From Anaeramoeba ignava BMAN (lineage: Eukaryota; Protista; Anaeramoebae), in contig JAPDFW010000125.1 in assembly GCA_028826165.1 (NCBI GenBank), positions 744,001-808,000 on the forward strand: a stretch of DNA of 64,000 nt, read 5' to 3'. Each line of letters begins with the position of its first letter. Positions within the stretch are counted from its first letter, which is position 1. Positions 22,240 through 34,536 of the stretch are shown piece by piece. A program made the position numbers and the translations under genes. The notes under the pieces were generated by a model. That model searched no databases. It saw nothing but the letters and a program-made list of their open reading frames with translations, and was not told the origin of the DNA.

Positions 22240-24060
22240 TTAAAAAATTGAACATTTTTCTTTTTTGTTTTTCAAATTTTGATTTTGATTTTGATTTTGA
22301 TTTTGATTTTTAAATTTATTAATTAATAAATCAAATAAATTTGGATTTTTTTGATTTAATTGGAAATAATCAATTCCAATTTTAATTTCATCAATGATTT
22401 CTTGTGTAATTTCAATTTCTTCTTTAATTTGATTTGAATAAATCCAATATTCAAATATTTGAAATGATTTATTACTTAATTCACTATAATCTGTAACTTT
22501 ATTAGAAGTATCATTTGTTACAGATAAAAACATTCCTCGATATAATTCACTTCTCATTATCAATATTAATTTTGGAAATTTATATTGTTTTTCTTTTCTT
22601 TCAATAATAAAATCTTTTTCATTTTCATTTTCATTTTCATTTAAATAAATTCTTTTCATTGTTTCTTCAATTTTTTCATTTAAATTTATAATTTCTTTAA
22701 TTTCAGAATATAATATTGGATTTATTATAGAATTGTTTGAATAAATCATTTCAAATATTTGATTTGATTCTTGAATTGATTTTTTTGAAATAATTTCTTG
22801 AAGTTTTTCAATTTGATTTTGATTTTGATTTAATCTATATTTCAATATTAATTTATGAGCTTCAATTATTTCTCCATTTTTGGTTTTAAATGAAATATCA
22901 CAAAATTCTTTTCTTTCAAATAATTTTATCAAATCTTCTTCAAGATTAGAAAAAGAAGGAGAAGAATAATAAATAAATGATCTTTGAAATCCACAAGAAA
23001 TATGATAATTAGAAATATTTTCATTAAATCTTAATTTAGGAAGTTCAATTTGAATTGGAATTGATTGTGTATTTGTATCTCCAGTTCCTAATTGACCAGA
23101 ATAATTATATCCAAATCCAATTAATTTCTTATTGGATGTTAAAATCAAATTATGAGCATTTCCAATAGAAAAATCAAGAATATTATCATCATTTTCAAAT
23201 AAAGATGATTTCATTTCAGTAAATTCATAAGTATTTTCATTTTTGCCAAGTCCATTATATAGATAATTTCCACATGAATAAAGTTTTCTTTTTGGATTTT
23301 CATTTTTATTTTCATTTTCAATCAACATTATTGAATGCATATTTCCACATTTAATATCAATTATTTTACCTTTTGGAATATTTTGGATTTGGGTTAATTT
23401 ATCGATTATCCTTTCTTTTCTTGATTCTCCTAATCCAAGTTGAGCATATTGATTATCTCCGCATCCAAACAATTCTTGGTTTGAATTTAAAACAAAAACA
23501 TGATTTGAAGAAATTCCTGAAAATATTTTAGAAACATTTTTCATCATTAAAATTGGTTTTTTTGTTTTTGGAAGTGTTTTAGAATCAAAACCAAGTTGAC
23601 CATCATAATTATCACCAATTCCATAAACATTTTGATTTGAAGTTAATAAGTAAATTGAATTAGCTCCAGAAACAACATCTTGAATTACTCTATCATTTGT
23701 ATCTTCAATTAATGATGAAATATTGATAAATTCATTTGGATTTTTTGGATTAATATCATTTCCTTTGGCAAATACATTTCCTTCTGTTGTTAAAATAGCT
23801 TCATTTGAAAAACCAACAGATACTTTTTGAATATTTTTGATTTGGATTTTTTCAGGATTTTGATTTGAATCATTTCTATTTAAATATTCTATTGCTTTTC
23901 CATTTTCAAAAAGGAAAAATGTTGAAAAAAAATCGGTTGAAATTTGTTTAATTTCATTTTCATTTTCAAATTTAAATTGAATTGGTTTTGTTATTTTTTC
24001 TGGTTTATTTTCGATAAGAATTGGATATTTATTTTCACCAAAAAATAAACAATCATTCAT
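22240..24060 (-). CDS. RCC1-repeat / double BTB-POZ protein with C-terminal polybasic-CaaX (KNKKEKCSIF)
   Basis: Start at MNDCLFF (24060); (NQ)n linker then CaaX. Confidence 0.92.
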   Translation of the reverse strand: MNDCLFFGENKYPILIENKPEKITKPIQFKFENENEIKQISTDFFSTFFLFENGKAIEYLNRNDSNQNPEKIQIKNIQKVSVGFSNEAILTTEGNVFAKGNDINPKNPNEFINISSLIEDTNDRVIQDVVSGANSIYLLTSNQNVYGIGDNYDGQLGFDSKTLPKTKKPILMMKNVSKIFSGISSNHVFVLNSNQELFGCGDNQYAQLGLGESRKERIIDKLTQIQNIPKGKIIDIKCGNMHSIMLIENENKNENPKRKLYSCGNYLYNGLGKNENTYEFTEMKSSLFENDDNILDFSIGNAHNLILTSNKKLIGFGYNYSGQLGTGDTNTQSIPIQIELPKLRFNENISNYHISCGFQRSFIYYSSPSFSNLEEDLIKLFERKEFCDISFKTKNGEIIEAHKLILKYRLNQNQNQIEKLQEIISKKSIQESNQIFEMIYSNNSIINPILYSEIKEIINLNEKIEETMKRIYLNENENENEKDFIIERKEKQYKFPKLILIMRSELYRGMFLSVTNDTSNKVTDYSELSNKSFQIFEYWIYSNQIKEEIEITQEIIDEIKIGIDYFQLNQKNPNLFDLLINKFKNQNQNQNQNQNLKNKKEKCSIF

Positions 24061-24162
24061 TTTTGAAAAAGAAAAAAATGAAAAAAATGAAAAATGAAAA
24101 AATAAATTTTTAATTTTTAATTTTAATTTTAATTTTAATTTTGATTTCATTAATGATTTCGT

Positions 24163-25995
24163 TTAAAAAATTGAACATTTTTCTTTTTTGTTTTTCAAAT
24201 TTTGATTTTGATTTTGATTTTGATTTTGATTTTTAAATTTATTAATTAATAAATCAAATAAATTTGGATTTGTTTGATTTAATTGAAAATAATCAATTCC
24301 AGTTTTAATTTCATTAATTATTTCTTGTGTAATTTGAATTTCATCTTTAATTTGATTTGAATAAATCCAATATTCAAATATTTGAAATGATTTATTACTT
24401 AATTCACTATAATCTGTAACTTTATTAGATTTATCATTTTTTACAGATAAAAACATTCCTCGATATAATTCACTTCTCATTATTAATATTAATTTTGGAA
24501 ATTTATATTGTTTTTCTTTTCTTTCGATTATAAAATCTTTTTCATTTTCATTTTCATTTTCATTTAAATAAATTCTTTTCATTGTTTCTTCAATTTTTTC
24601 ATTTGAATTTATAATTTCTTTAATTTCCAAATATAATTTTGGATTTATTATGGAATTGTTTGAATAAATCATTTCAAATATTTGATTTGATTCTTGAATT
24701 GATTTATTTGAAATAATTTCTTTAAGTTTTTCAATTTGATTTTGATTTTGATTTAATCTATATTTCAATATTAATTTATGAGCTTCAATTATTTCTCCAT
24801 TTTCTGTTTTAAATGAAATATCACAAAATTCTTTTCTTTCAAATAATTTTATCAAATCTTCTTCAAGATTGGAAAAAGAAAGAGAATAATAAATAAATGA
24901 ATTGAAATATCCACAATGGATATGATAATTGTAAATATTTTCATTAAATCTTAATTTAGGAAGTTCAATTTGAATAAGAATTTGCTTATTTCCTATATCT
25001 ACAGTTCCTAATTGGCCAAAAGAATTATTTCCAAATCCAATTAATTTTGATTTGGAAGTTAAAATCAAAGTATGAAAAGATCCAACAGAAAAATCAAGAA
25101 TATTATCATCATTTTCAAATAAAGATGATTTGATTTCAGTAAATTCATAAGTATCTTGATCTTTGTCAAGTCCATTATATCTCCAAAATCCACATGAATA
25201 AAGTTTTCTTTTTGGATTTTGATTTTGATTTTCATCTTCTTCAATCAACATTATTGAATGAGAATATCCAGATTGAATATCAATTATTTTACCTTTTGGA
25301 ATATTTTGGATTTTGGTTAATTTATCGATTATCCCTTCTTTTCTTGATTCTCCTAATCCAATTTGACTATATTCATTATATCCGCATCCAAATAATTCTT
25401 GATTTGAATTTAAAAGAAAAGTTGATTTTGAATAATTTCCTGAAAATATTTTAGAAACATTTTTCATCATTAAAATTGGTTTTTTTGTTTTATAAAATAA
25501 ATCAACACCAATTTGACCAAGTTCATTTGAACCAATTCCATAAACATTTTGATTTGAAGTTAATAAGTAAACTGAGCTCAAACCAGAAACAATATCTTGA
25601 ATTATTCTATCATTTGTATCTTCAATTAATGATGAAATATTGATAAATTTTTTTCGATTTTTTGGATTAATATCATATCCTTTTGCAAATACATTTCCTT
25701 CTGTTGTTAAAATAGCTTCATTTTGAGAACCAACAGTTACTTTTTGAATATTTTCAATTTGAATTTTTGAAGGTTTTTGATTTGGATCTTTTTTACTTAA
25801 ATATTCTATTGCTTTTCCATTTTTAAAAAGGAAAATTGTTGAAAAATCTCCTGTTGAAATTTGTTTAATTTGTTTTTCATTTTCATTTTCATTTTCATTT
25901 TCAAATTTAAATTGAATTGGTTTTTTTATTTCTTGTGGTTCATTTTTGAAAAGTTTTGGATTTTCATTTTTACCAAAAAATAAAATTTCATTCAT
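24163..25995 (-). CDS. RCC1-repeat / double BTB-POZ protein with C-terminal polybasic-CaaX (KNKKEKCSIF)
   Basis: 610 aa; same tail as the 22240 copy. Confidence 0.92.
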   Translation of the reverse strand: MNEILFFGKNENPKLFKNEPQEIKKPIQFKFENENENENEKQIKQISTGDFSTIFLFKNGKAIEYLSKKDPNQKPSKIQIENIQKVTVGSQNEAILTTEGNVFAKGYDINPKNRKKFINISSLIEDTNDRIIQDIVSGLSSVYLLTSNQNVYGIGSNELGQIGVDLFYKTKKPILMMKNVSKIFSGNYSKSTFLLNSNQELFGCGYNEYSQIGLGESRKEGIIDKLTKIQNIPKGKIIDIQSGYSHSIMLIEEDENQNQNPKRKLYSCGFWRYNGLDKDQDTYEFTEIKSSLFENDDNILDFSVGSFHTLILTSKSKLIGFGNNSFGQLGTVDIGNKQILIQIELPKLRFNENIYNYHIHCGYFNSFIYYSLSFSNLEEDLIKLFERKEFCDISFKTENGEIIEAHKLILKYRLNQNQNQIEKLKEIISNKSIQESNQIFEMIYSNNSIINPKLYLEIKEIINSNEKIEETMKRIYLNENENENEKDFIIERKEKQYKFPKLILIMRSELYRGMFLSVKNDKSNKVTDYSELSNKSFQIFEYWIYSNQIKDEIQITQEIINEIKTGIDYFQLNQTNPNLFDLLINKFKNQNQNQNQNQNLKNKKEKCSIF

Positions 25996-26134
25996 TTTTG
26001 AAAAGAAAAAAATGAAAAAAATGAATTTTTGATTTTAATTTTGAATTTAATTTTAATTTTAATTTTAATTTTGATTTTAATTTTAATTTTAATTTTGAAT
26101 TTGATTTTGATTTTGATTTTGATTTTAATTTTAA

Positions 26135-26250
26135 TTTTGATTTTGATTTTGATTTTTAAATTTGTTAATTAATAAATCAAATAAATTTGGATTTGTTTGA
26201 TTTAATTGAAAATAATCGATTTCAATCTGGAGTTAATCAATAATTTGTAA
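26135..26250 (-). pseudogene. Orphan 3'-end remnant of an RCC1-BTB gene
   Basis: Reads IID*LQIEIDYFQLNQTNPNLFDLLINKFKNQNQNQN* directly after the stop of the 26251 gene. Confidence 0.8.
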
Positions 26251-28119
26251 TTAAAAAATTAAACATTTTTCTTTTTTCTTTTTTGAATTTTGATTTTGAA
26301 TTTGAATTTGATTTTGATTTTGAATTTGAATTTGAATTTGAATTTGATTTTGGTTATTAAATTTGTTATTTAATAAATCAAATAAATTTGGATATGTTTG
26401 ATTTAATTGAAAATAATCAATTCCAATTTGAATTTCATTAATTATTTCTTGTGTAATTTGAATTTCTTCTTTGATTTGATTTGAATAAATCCAATATTCA
26501 AATATTTGAAATGATTTATTACTTAATTCACTATAATCTGTAACTTTATTAGAAGTATCATTTTTTACAGATAAAAACATTCCTCGATATAATTCACTTC
26601 TCATTATTAATATTAATTTTGGAAATTTATATTGTTTTTCTTTTCTTTCAATTATAAAATCTTTTTCATTTTCATTTTCATTTAAATAAATTCTTTTCAT
26701 TGTTTCTTCAATTTTTTCATTTAAATTTATAATTTCTTTAATTTCAGAATATAATTTTGGATTTATTATGGAATTGTTTGAATAAATCATTTCAAATATT
26801 TGATTTGATTCTTTAATTGATTTTTTTGAAATAATTTCTTTAAGTTTTTCATTTTGATTTTCGTTTTGATTTTGATTTAATCTATATTTCAATATTAATT
26901 TATGAGCTTCAATTATTTCTCCATTTTCTGTTTTAAATGAAATATCACAAAATTCTTTTCTTTCAAATAATTTTATCAAATCTTCTTCAAGATTGGAAAA
27001 AGAAGGAGAAGAATAATAAAGAAATGAATTGAAATATCCACAAGAAATATGATAATTGAAAATATCTTCATTAAATCTTAATTTAGGAAGTTCAATTTGA
27101 ATTGGAATTGATTTATTTCCTATATCTACAGTTCCTAATTCACCATAAAAATTATTTCCAAATCCAATTAATTTCTTATTGGATGTTAAAATCAAAGTAT
27201 GAGCATATCCAACAGAAAAATCACGAATATTATCGTTTTCAAATAAAGATGATTTGATTTCAGTAAATTCATAAGTATTTTCATCTTTCACAAGTCCATT
27301 ATATTGGGAAGCTCCACATGAATAAAGTTTTCTTTTTGGATTTTGATTTTGATTTTCATCTTCTTCAATCAACATTATTGAATGAAACCATCCACATTTA
27401 ATATCAATTATTTTACCTTTTGGAATATTTTGGATTTTGGTTAATTTATCGATTATCCTTTCTTTTCTTAATTCTCCTAATCCAAGTTGAACGTATTCGT
27501 TATTACCACATCCAAATAATTCTTGATTTGAATTTAAAAGGAAAACACAAGTTGAAGAATTTCCTGAAAATATTTTAGAAACATTTTTCATCATTAAAAT
27601 TGGTTTTTGTGTTTTTGAAAGTGTTTCAGAATCAAAACCAAGTTGACCATAATTATTTGAACCAATTCCATAAACATTATGATTTGAAGTTAATAAATAA
27701 ATTGAATTGTATCCAGAAGCAATATCTTGAATTATTCTATCATTTGTATCTTCAATTAATGATGAAATATTGATAAATTCTTTTGGATTTTTTGGATTAA
27801 TATCTTTTCCTTTGGCAAATACATTTCCTTCTATTGTTAAAATAGCTTCATTTGAAAAACCAACAGTTGCTTTTTGAATATTTTTAATTTGGATTTTTTG
27901 AAGATGTGGATTTGAATATTTTAAATATTCTATTGCTTTTCCATTTTTAAAAAGGAAAATTGTTGAAAAATAACCTGATGAAATTTGTTTAATTTGTTTT
28001 TCATTTTCATTTTCATTTTCATTTTCAAATTTAAATTGAATTGGTTTTGTTATTTTATCTGGTTCATTTTTGAAAAGTTTTGGATATTGATTTTCACCAA
28101 AAAATAAAATTTCATTCAT
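26251..28119 (-). CDS. RCC1-repeat / double BTB-POZ protein with C-terminal polybasic-CaaX (KKKKEKCLIF)
   Basis: Start at MNEILFF (28119). Confidence 0.92.
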   Translation of the reverse strand: MNEILFFGENQYPKLFKNEPDKITKPIQFKFENENENENEKQIKQISSGYFSTIFLFKNGKAIEYLKYSNPHLQKIQIKNIQKATVGFSNEAILTIEGNVFAKGKDINPKNPKEFINISSLIEDTNDRIIQDIASGYNSIYLLTSNHNVYGIGSNNYGQLGFDSETLSKTQKPILMMKNVSKIFSGNSSTCVFLLNSNQELFGCGNNEYVQLGLGELRKERIIDKLTKIQNIPKGKIIDIKCGWFHSIMLIEEDENQNQNPKRKLYSCGASQYNGLVKDENTYEFTEIKSSLFENDNIRDFSVGYAHTLILTSNKKLIGFGNNFYGELGTVDIGNKSIPIQIELPKLRFNEDIFNYHISCGYFNSFLYYSSPSFSNLEEDLIKLFERKEFCDISFKTENGEIIEAHKLILKYRLNQNQNENQNEKLKEIISKKSIKESNQIFEMIYSNNSIINPKLYSEIKEIINLNEKIEETMKRIYLNENENEKDFIIERKEKQYKFPKLILIMRSELYRGMFLSVKNDTSNKVTDYSELSNKSFQIFEYWIYSNQIKEEIQITQEIINEIQIGIDYFQLNQTYPNLFDLLNNKFNNQNQIQIQIQIQNQNQIQIQNQNSKKKKEKCLIF

Positions 28120-28248
28120 TTTTGAAAAGAAAAAAAATGGAAAAAATGAATTTAAAATCAAAATTTGTTCTTTTTTTTATTTGTATTTTGTTTTGGAAAT
28201 CAAAATCAAAAAATATTTGAATTTGGATTAAATGAATTAATTTTCATT

Positions 28249-29371
28249 TCAAATATTTTCATTATTTTTTTCTTTTTCCATTTGATCCAAAACTTCTTGA
28301 GGAATATCTTCTTGAGAATTATCAATATTTTCACTTTGCATTTGATTATCATTGAAACCATTTTGATTTAAGGATAAAAAAATATTTTTCATTTCTAATT
28401 GAGCATTTAATAGTAATTTCAAAGGAACAGATATTGTTTCATGTTTTTTGGAAGTGATTTCTAGTAATTCTTTTTTGCATTCATTATTTGATTCATTAAA
28501 AATTTTTTCTGATTCTTGTAAGTTATTTTCCGCCTAATTGAAAGAAAAAAAAATAACAAAGAAATGAATAGGGGTTTTTCGGTAAAAAATCGAGTTTGGA
28601 AAAAAATTGAGAATAATTATTGAGTTACTTCTGGCAATTTTGTAAGATTTTTTTCTTTTTTTTTGAGTAAATTTTGCAACGTTTTTTTATTTGTATCAAA
28701 TTGTAATAAATTAGAATTTCGAATTTTAATTTTTTGGTTCGTTTTATCCATTTCTTCAATTTGAGCATTAACTGTCTCCAATATTTTCTTGCTCTCCTTC
28801 TTTTAACAAAAGAAAATTTAAGTGTAAGTTTTATTTTTTTTAGTGAAATTCAAAGAAATAAATTGTACATCAAACTGTTTCATTGAATCAAATAAAGCTT
28901 GAAAATTTTGAAGTAAATTTGATTTAAGTGGATCATTTGGATCATTGCAATCTTCGTAAAATTCTTCAATCTGTATTTTTATAAGTCTAGAAGAGTCTTG
29001 AAAAGTTGTTGAATTTGAAAAAAACTTATTCAAAGAATTGTAACTTTTGACATTCAAAAAAATCAAAAATGGTAAGAATTAAATATTTTTTGTCTTGTTA
29101 ATTTTGTTTAATAAAGTTTTTTGGATTTGAAATGGTAATTCAATCCATGTTTAAAATACAGTCTCTTAATGTCCTTTTGTTGTTGTTGAAAATCCTTTTA
29201 AATTTGAATTGAATTTTTGAATTAAATTTTTTAATTTGAATTTTTTAAATTGTTAAAAAAAAATACAGCAAAAAGTTGATCAAAATCTTCATCTTTTGTT
29301 TTTTCTGCTTTTCCAATTGATTGAAGAAAATGTTGTTTGTGTTTCATAAATGAATTTTTGAATTTATTCAT
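28249..29371 (-). CDS. N-BAR domain protein (amphiphysin/BIN/Rvs-like), 5 exons
   Basis: Manual splicing with 4 GT-AG introns gives MNKFKNSFMKHKQHFLQSIGKAEKTKDEDFDQ..., IKIRNSNLLQFD, KLPE|AENNL..FNESNNECKKEL, matching N-BAR helices; stop TGA at 28251-28249. Confidence 0.75.
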
Positions 29372-29477
29372 TTATAAAATTAAAATTTAAAAAAAATAGG
29401 AAAAATGAAAAATGATTTTAATAAATTTATGAATAAAAATTTTTAAATCAAAAACAAAAAGATTATTTGATTATTTT

Positions 29478-32400
29478 TTAATCCAAAAATTTTTTGATCT
29501 CAGAAAGTGATAAAAGTTGAGGAGATCTTCCCCAATAATTAAAATCATTGAAAACTTCAATATCATTTTTTCTTGCAGGGAAAACAAAGTTTACAATTTG
29601 GTCGAGATCTTTATATGAAGATTTGAAGCGGGAATGATTGATAGAAATTGTTCCTTTTTTGTCGATCAAAAAAATTCTTTCTTCTGGAATTTTGACAGCA
29701 AGATATGAAATTCTATCAGTATCTTTGTTTCCAAAACCAGCATAGAATGAGTCTTGAGAAAATAGTTTAGCGATATTTTCAAGGCAAGGTATTTTAAATT
29801 CATGTGGTTTTCGATGTATTACTTCTCTTCTAAATGAAAAAAAGAGAGTATCTGGTGACATTATAACTGGACCTGCTGGTAATTTTTTTTCACTTTGTTG
29901 AACTGTTGATATATATGAGCGTGTTAAATGAGCTTGTCCGATAGATCTTGATGAAAGATATATTAGCTTTTAATTATTAATTTTTATATTAATTTTTAAA
30001 TCAATTATTAAATATTAAATCAATATTAAATCAATATTAAATCAATATTAAATCAATATTAAATCAATATTAAATATAAAATATTAAATCAATATTAAAT
30101 TTTTAAATTATTAAATTATTAAATTATTAAATTATTAAATTATTAAAAATATTAAATATTAAAATTATTAAATCAATATTAAATCAATATTAAATCATTA
30201 TTAAATCAATATTAAATATAAAATATTAAATATTAAATTATTAAATATTAAATTATTAAATCAATATTATATAAAATATTAAAATATTAAATTTTATATC
30301 AATATTTAAATCAATTATAAATTATTAAATATTAAATCAATATTAATAAATGAATATAAAAATATTAAATCAATTATAAAATATTAAATCAAATATAAAA
30401 TATTAAATCAATTATTAAATTATTAAATTTTTATATCAATATTAAATATTAAATTAATATTAAATCAATATTAAATTATTATTAAATTATTAAATTATTA
30501 TTAAATTAATTTTTAAATCAATATTAATTATTAAATATTAATTATTAAATTATTATATATTTATCTACTTTGTAATCATTCTTCCCAATATTAGTATATA
30601 ATGATGCAATTCCTTGATGTGCCCAATCATAATTTGAAACTAATGGCACAATTAAACCTAAAACATCCGATTTTGTAATTGTTCCATCAATATCACTAAT
30701 TACAATTTTATCATCATAATCCCAATAAAATATCTTCCCATTTACTTCATGCTTTTCTCCAATTACAAACCTAATATTATTTTCTCCCTTTTTCAATCCT
30801 AATTTTAATAATTCTTCTGATTTTGGATACAAACTTTTAATATAATTTATGTTTTTTGCATTTTCCAATTTTTCTTTTTGCTGAATTTGAATTTCTATAT
30901 TATTTTCATTATTTTTGATATTTTCATTATTTTTGATATTATTTTCATTATTTTTATTATTTTCATTGTTTTTCATATTTTCATTGTTTTTGATTTTTTC
31001 ATTGTTTTTGATTTTTTCATCATCCTTTTTTTTCGGTTTTGGATGAAACCAACGATCCCATCTTGATTGTTGATTTGTTAATTCATATTTCTCTAATGAT
31101 TGAGAAATATTTTTCCCAAAAACTAATACTGAAATAATATACTCAATTGCTTGTTCTGATGGATAAAATGCTCCATTAATTTTGAAAACTGCTTTTTTAT
31201 CAAAAATTATTTTTGGATTCTGTTCAAATTTTGATTGTGAAACCAAATGAAGTTGAAAAATTGATTGTATTTGTTCATATTTCATATTTGGCTTAATAAT
31301 ATTTTTACACAACGAAATTTGAATATTTTGTAAATTTGAATCTTCTATTGAGTATGAATGTGAAATTGAATGAATATTTTCAAGTGAGACATCAGAATTT
31401 GAATCTAAATTTGAATCCAAATCCAAATCCAAATCCGAATTCAAATCCAAATCTAAATCTAAATCTGAATATGATTTTGTGCTATTATTATTATTGTTAT
31501 TATTATTATTATCTTCCTTTTCTTCTGAAATCCTTTCTACATTAATAATTGGATTGATTTTGTTCTTATTTGAAACTTCTAAATATTTAATTTTAAACGA
31601 ATTTTCCCGATTTTCTACAATTTTTTCATTTTCTTTGGAAATTATAAAACTTGGTGTTTGAACCATTTTTGTTTTTTCTTTCTTTTTACTTCTAAATAAC
31701 CCAAAAACAGCACCAAATGAAGATTCAATTCCTTTTTTGACGGTTGTTGGTTTTGGATTTTTTTCTTCATTCGAATTTTTTGGATTGATTTCGTTTTTTT
31801 GATTTTGATTTTGAATTTGATTTTGATTTTGATTTTGATTTTGAATTTGATTTTGAATTTGATTTTGAATTTGATTTTGAATTTGATTTTGAATTTGAAT
31901 TTGATTTTGAATTTGATTTTGATTTTGATTTTGATTTTGATTTTGATTTTGATTTTGATTTTCATTTTGATTTTCATTTTGATTTTCATTTTGATTTTCA
32001 TTTTGATTTTCATTTTGATTTTCATTTTGAATTTGATTTTGATTTTGATTTTGAATTTGATTTTGATTTTCATTTTGATTTTCAGTTTCAGTTTCATTTT
32101 GATTTTGATTTTCATTTTGATTTTCAGTTTCAGTTTCAGTTTCGAAATCATTCTCAAGTTCGTTTTCAGTTTCAATTTCATTTTCAATTATTTTTGAAAC
32201 ATCATCATTAAGAATTTCACTTGAATCTTGAGAATTAAAATTTTGGGAAATGGAATCATCTTCATTATCAAGAGGAAGATCACCCCAATTCCAAATCCAT
32301 TGAGTTTGATTTTTTATATTTTCTTTTTGGAATGAATTAATTGATGGATCATCAGTAAAATCTGTGCTTGTTTCTCTTGAAAAGGAAGTTTCTGATTTTT

Positions 32401-32961
32401 CTGAAGAAAGCTCCATAAAATCCAAATCTTCCAATAAATTTCCTTCTAAAAAATTATTTTCATCAAATTCTATTTCTTGATTTTCAAAATTTTCGTTTGA
32501 ATTTGAAAAACCGTTTTTGGTTCGCTCTTCGTTTTGATCAGGAGTATTTTCAAGAAAAGGGATTGGTGAAGTTAGTAAAGTTTTTGGGATTTCGTTCTGG
32601 AAAAAAATAATTGAGTGATTTTTTGGATTAGTGATTTTTTAGTTGATTTTTTTTTGAGATGATGAGTTGATACTTGGTAAGATTCGTGCACAAAAAAAGC
32701 GACACCTTTAGCGCCAACTTTCATTTTCAAGTCACTAAGTTTATTATTCACATAAATTGAGACAATGTTGTTGCGAGGTTTCAGGATTTTTAATTGTCCA
32801 AAGCGAATGTGGAAAGGGGTTGATTTTATTGTGTTATTTTTTTGTTTAACTGCGATAATATCAATTGCACCAGATAAAGTGCTTGTATTTACTTCTGATA
32901 AGCCCAGTTTTGAAGAAATTGCGGAAAAATATTTGTTAGCTTTTTGGCCGATAAAAGACAT
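29478..32961 (-). CDS. PAH1: Lipin / phosphatidate phosphatase; exons 32961-32674, 32596-30569, 29966-29478
   Basis: N-LIP domain (TLSGAIDII..STPFHIRFG), catalytic DIDGT motif (SDIDGTITKSD), YLSSRSIGQA, FYAGFGNKDTD; introns keep frame. Confidence 0.93.
29970..30560. repeat. Intronic AT minisatellite (AAATCAATATT / AAATTATT)
   Basis: Fills lipin intron 2. Confidence 0.8.
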
Positions 32962-33019
32962 ATTTTTTTATAAATGAAAAATGAATTTAAAAAAAAATTA
33001 AAATGAAAAAAATTTGAAT

Positions 33020-34320
33020 TTAAAAAATAATGAAATCGGATAAATAAATTAAATAAAAAATAATTATAAAATTGTTTATAAATTTAATTTGAATTTAAAA
33101 AATAATGAAATCGGATAAATAAATTAAATAAAGATTAAATAAAAAATGATTATGAATTTAATTTGAATTTAATTTGAATTTAATTTTAATTTAAAAAAAT
33201 ATTGAAATCGGATAAAAAGATTAAATAAAAAATAATTAAAAATTGATTATGAATTTAATTTGAATTTAATTTTAATTTAAAAAATAATGAAATCGGATAA
33301 ATAAATTAAATAAAAAATAATTATAAAATTGATTTGAATTTAATTTGAATTTAATTTGAATTTAATTTGAATTTAAAAAATATTGAAATCGGATAAAAAG
33401 ATTAAATAAAAAATAAATAAAAGATGATTATAAATTTAATTTAAATTTAATTTGAATTTAATTTTAATTTAAAAAATAATGAAATTGGATAAATAAATTA
33501 AATAAAAAATAATTAAAAATTGATTATGAATTTAATTTAAATTTAATTTTAATTTAAAAAATATTGAAATCGGATAAAAAGATTAAATAAAAATTAATTA
33601 TGAATTTAATTTGAATTTAATTATGAATTTAATTTGAATTTAATTTGAATTTAAAAAATAATGAAATCGGATAAAAAGATTAAATAAAAATTAATTATGA
33701 ATTTAATATGAATTTAATTAAAATTTAATTTGAATTTAATTTGAATTTAAATTGAATTTGAATTGAATTTAAAAAATAATGAAATCGGATAAAAAGATTA
33801 AATAAAGATTAAATAAAGATTAAATAAAGATTAAATAAAGATTAAATAAAAGATGATTATAAATTTAATTTAAATTTAATTTGAATTTAATTTGAATTTA
33901 ATTTGAATTTAAAAAATATTGAAATCGGATAAAAAGATTAAATAAAAAATGTTTATAAATTTAAATTGAATTTGAATTGAATTTGATTTGAATTTAATTT
34001 GAATTTAAAAAATATTAAAATCGGATAAAAAGATTAAATAAAAAATAATTATAAATTTAATTTGAATTTAATTTGAATTTAATTTTAATTTAAAAAATAA
34101 TGAAATCGGATAAATAGATTAAATAAAAAATAATTAAAAATTGATTATAAATTTAATTTGAATTTAATTTTAATTTAAAAAATAATGAAATCGGATAAAT
34201 AAATTAAATAAAAAATAATTAAAAATTGTTTATAAATTTAATTTGAATTTAATTTGAATTTAAAAAATATTGAAATCGGATAAAAAGATTAAATAAAAAA
34301 TTAAATAAAAAATATTTAAA
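33020..34320. repeat. Tandem array of ~14 units (75-140 nt), each carrying GAAATCGGATAAA
   Basis: TCGGATA at about 33036, 33111, 33208, 33293, 33389, 33570, 33667, 33785, 33925, 34021, 34106, 34191, 34276, plus a TTGGATA variant near 33485. Confidence 0.88.
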
Positions 34321-34536
34321 AATTGTTGTGAATTTTTGTTTTGAATTCATTTTGAAATTAGTTGTTTTAGTTGATGTTTGAAATCAACTTTGAAAAGTCA
34401 AAAAGTCAAAAAGAAAAAAGAAATTTGACTGAAAATTTTGAAAAGAACTTAAAAGAGGGAAAAAAAGAAAAAAAAAAAAAGAAGAAGAAAAAAAAGAAGA
34501 AAAAATTTCTGTTATTCTGTTTGAAGAAAAAACTGG

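Noticed and set aside
22139-22255. N-terminal extensions of ORFs 20366, 22240 and 26251
   Set aside because: They translate spacer and initiator sequence; paralogs start at MNDCL/MNEIL.
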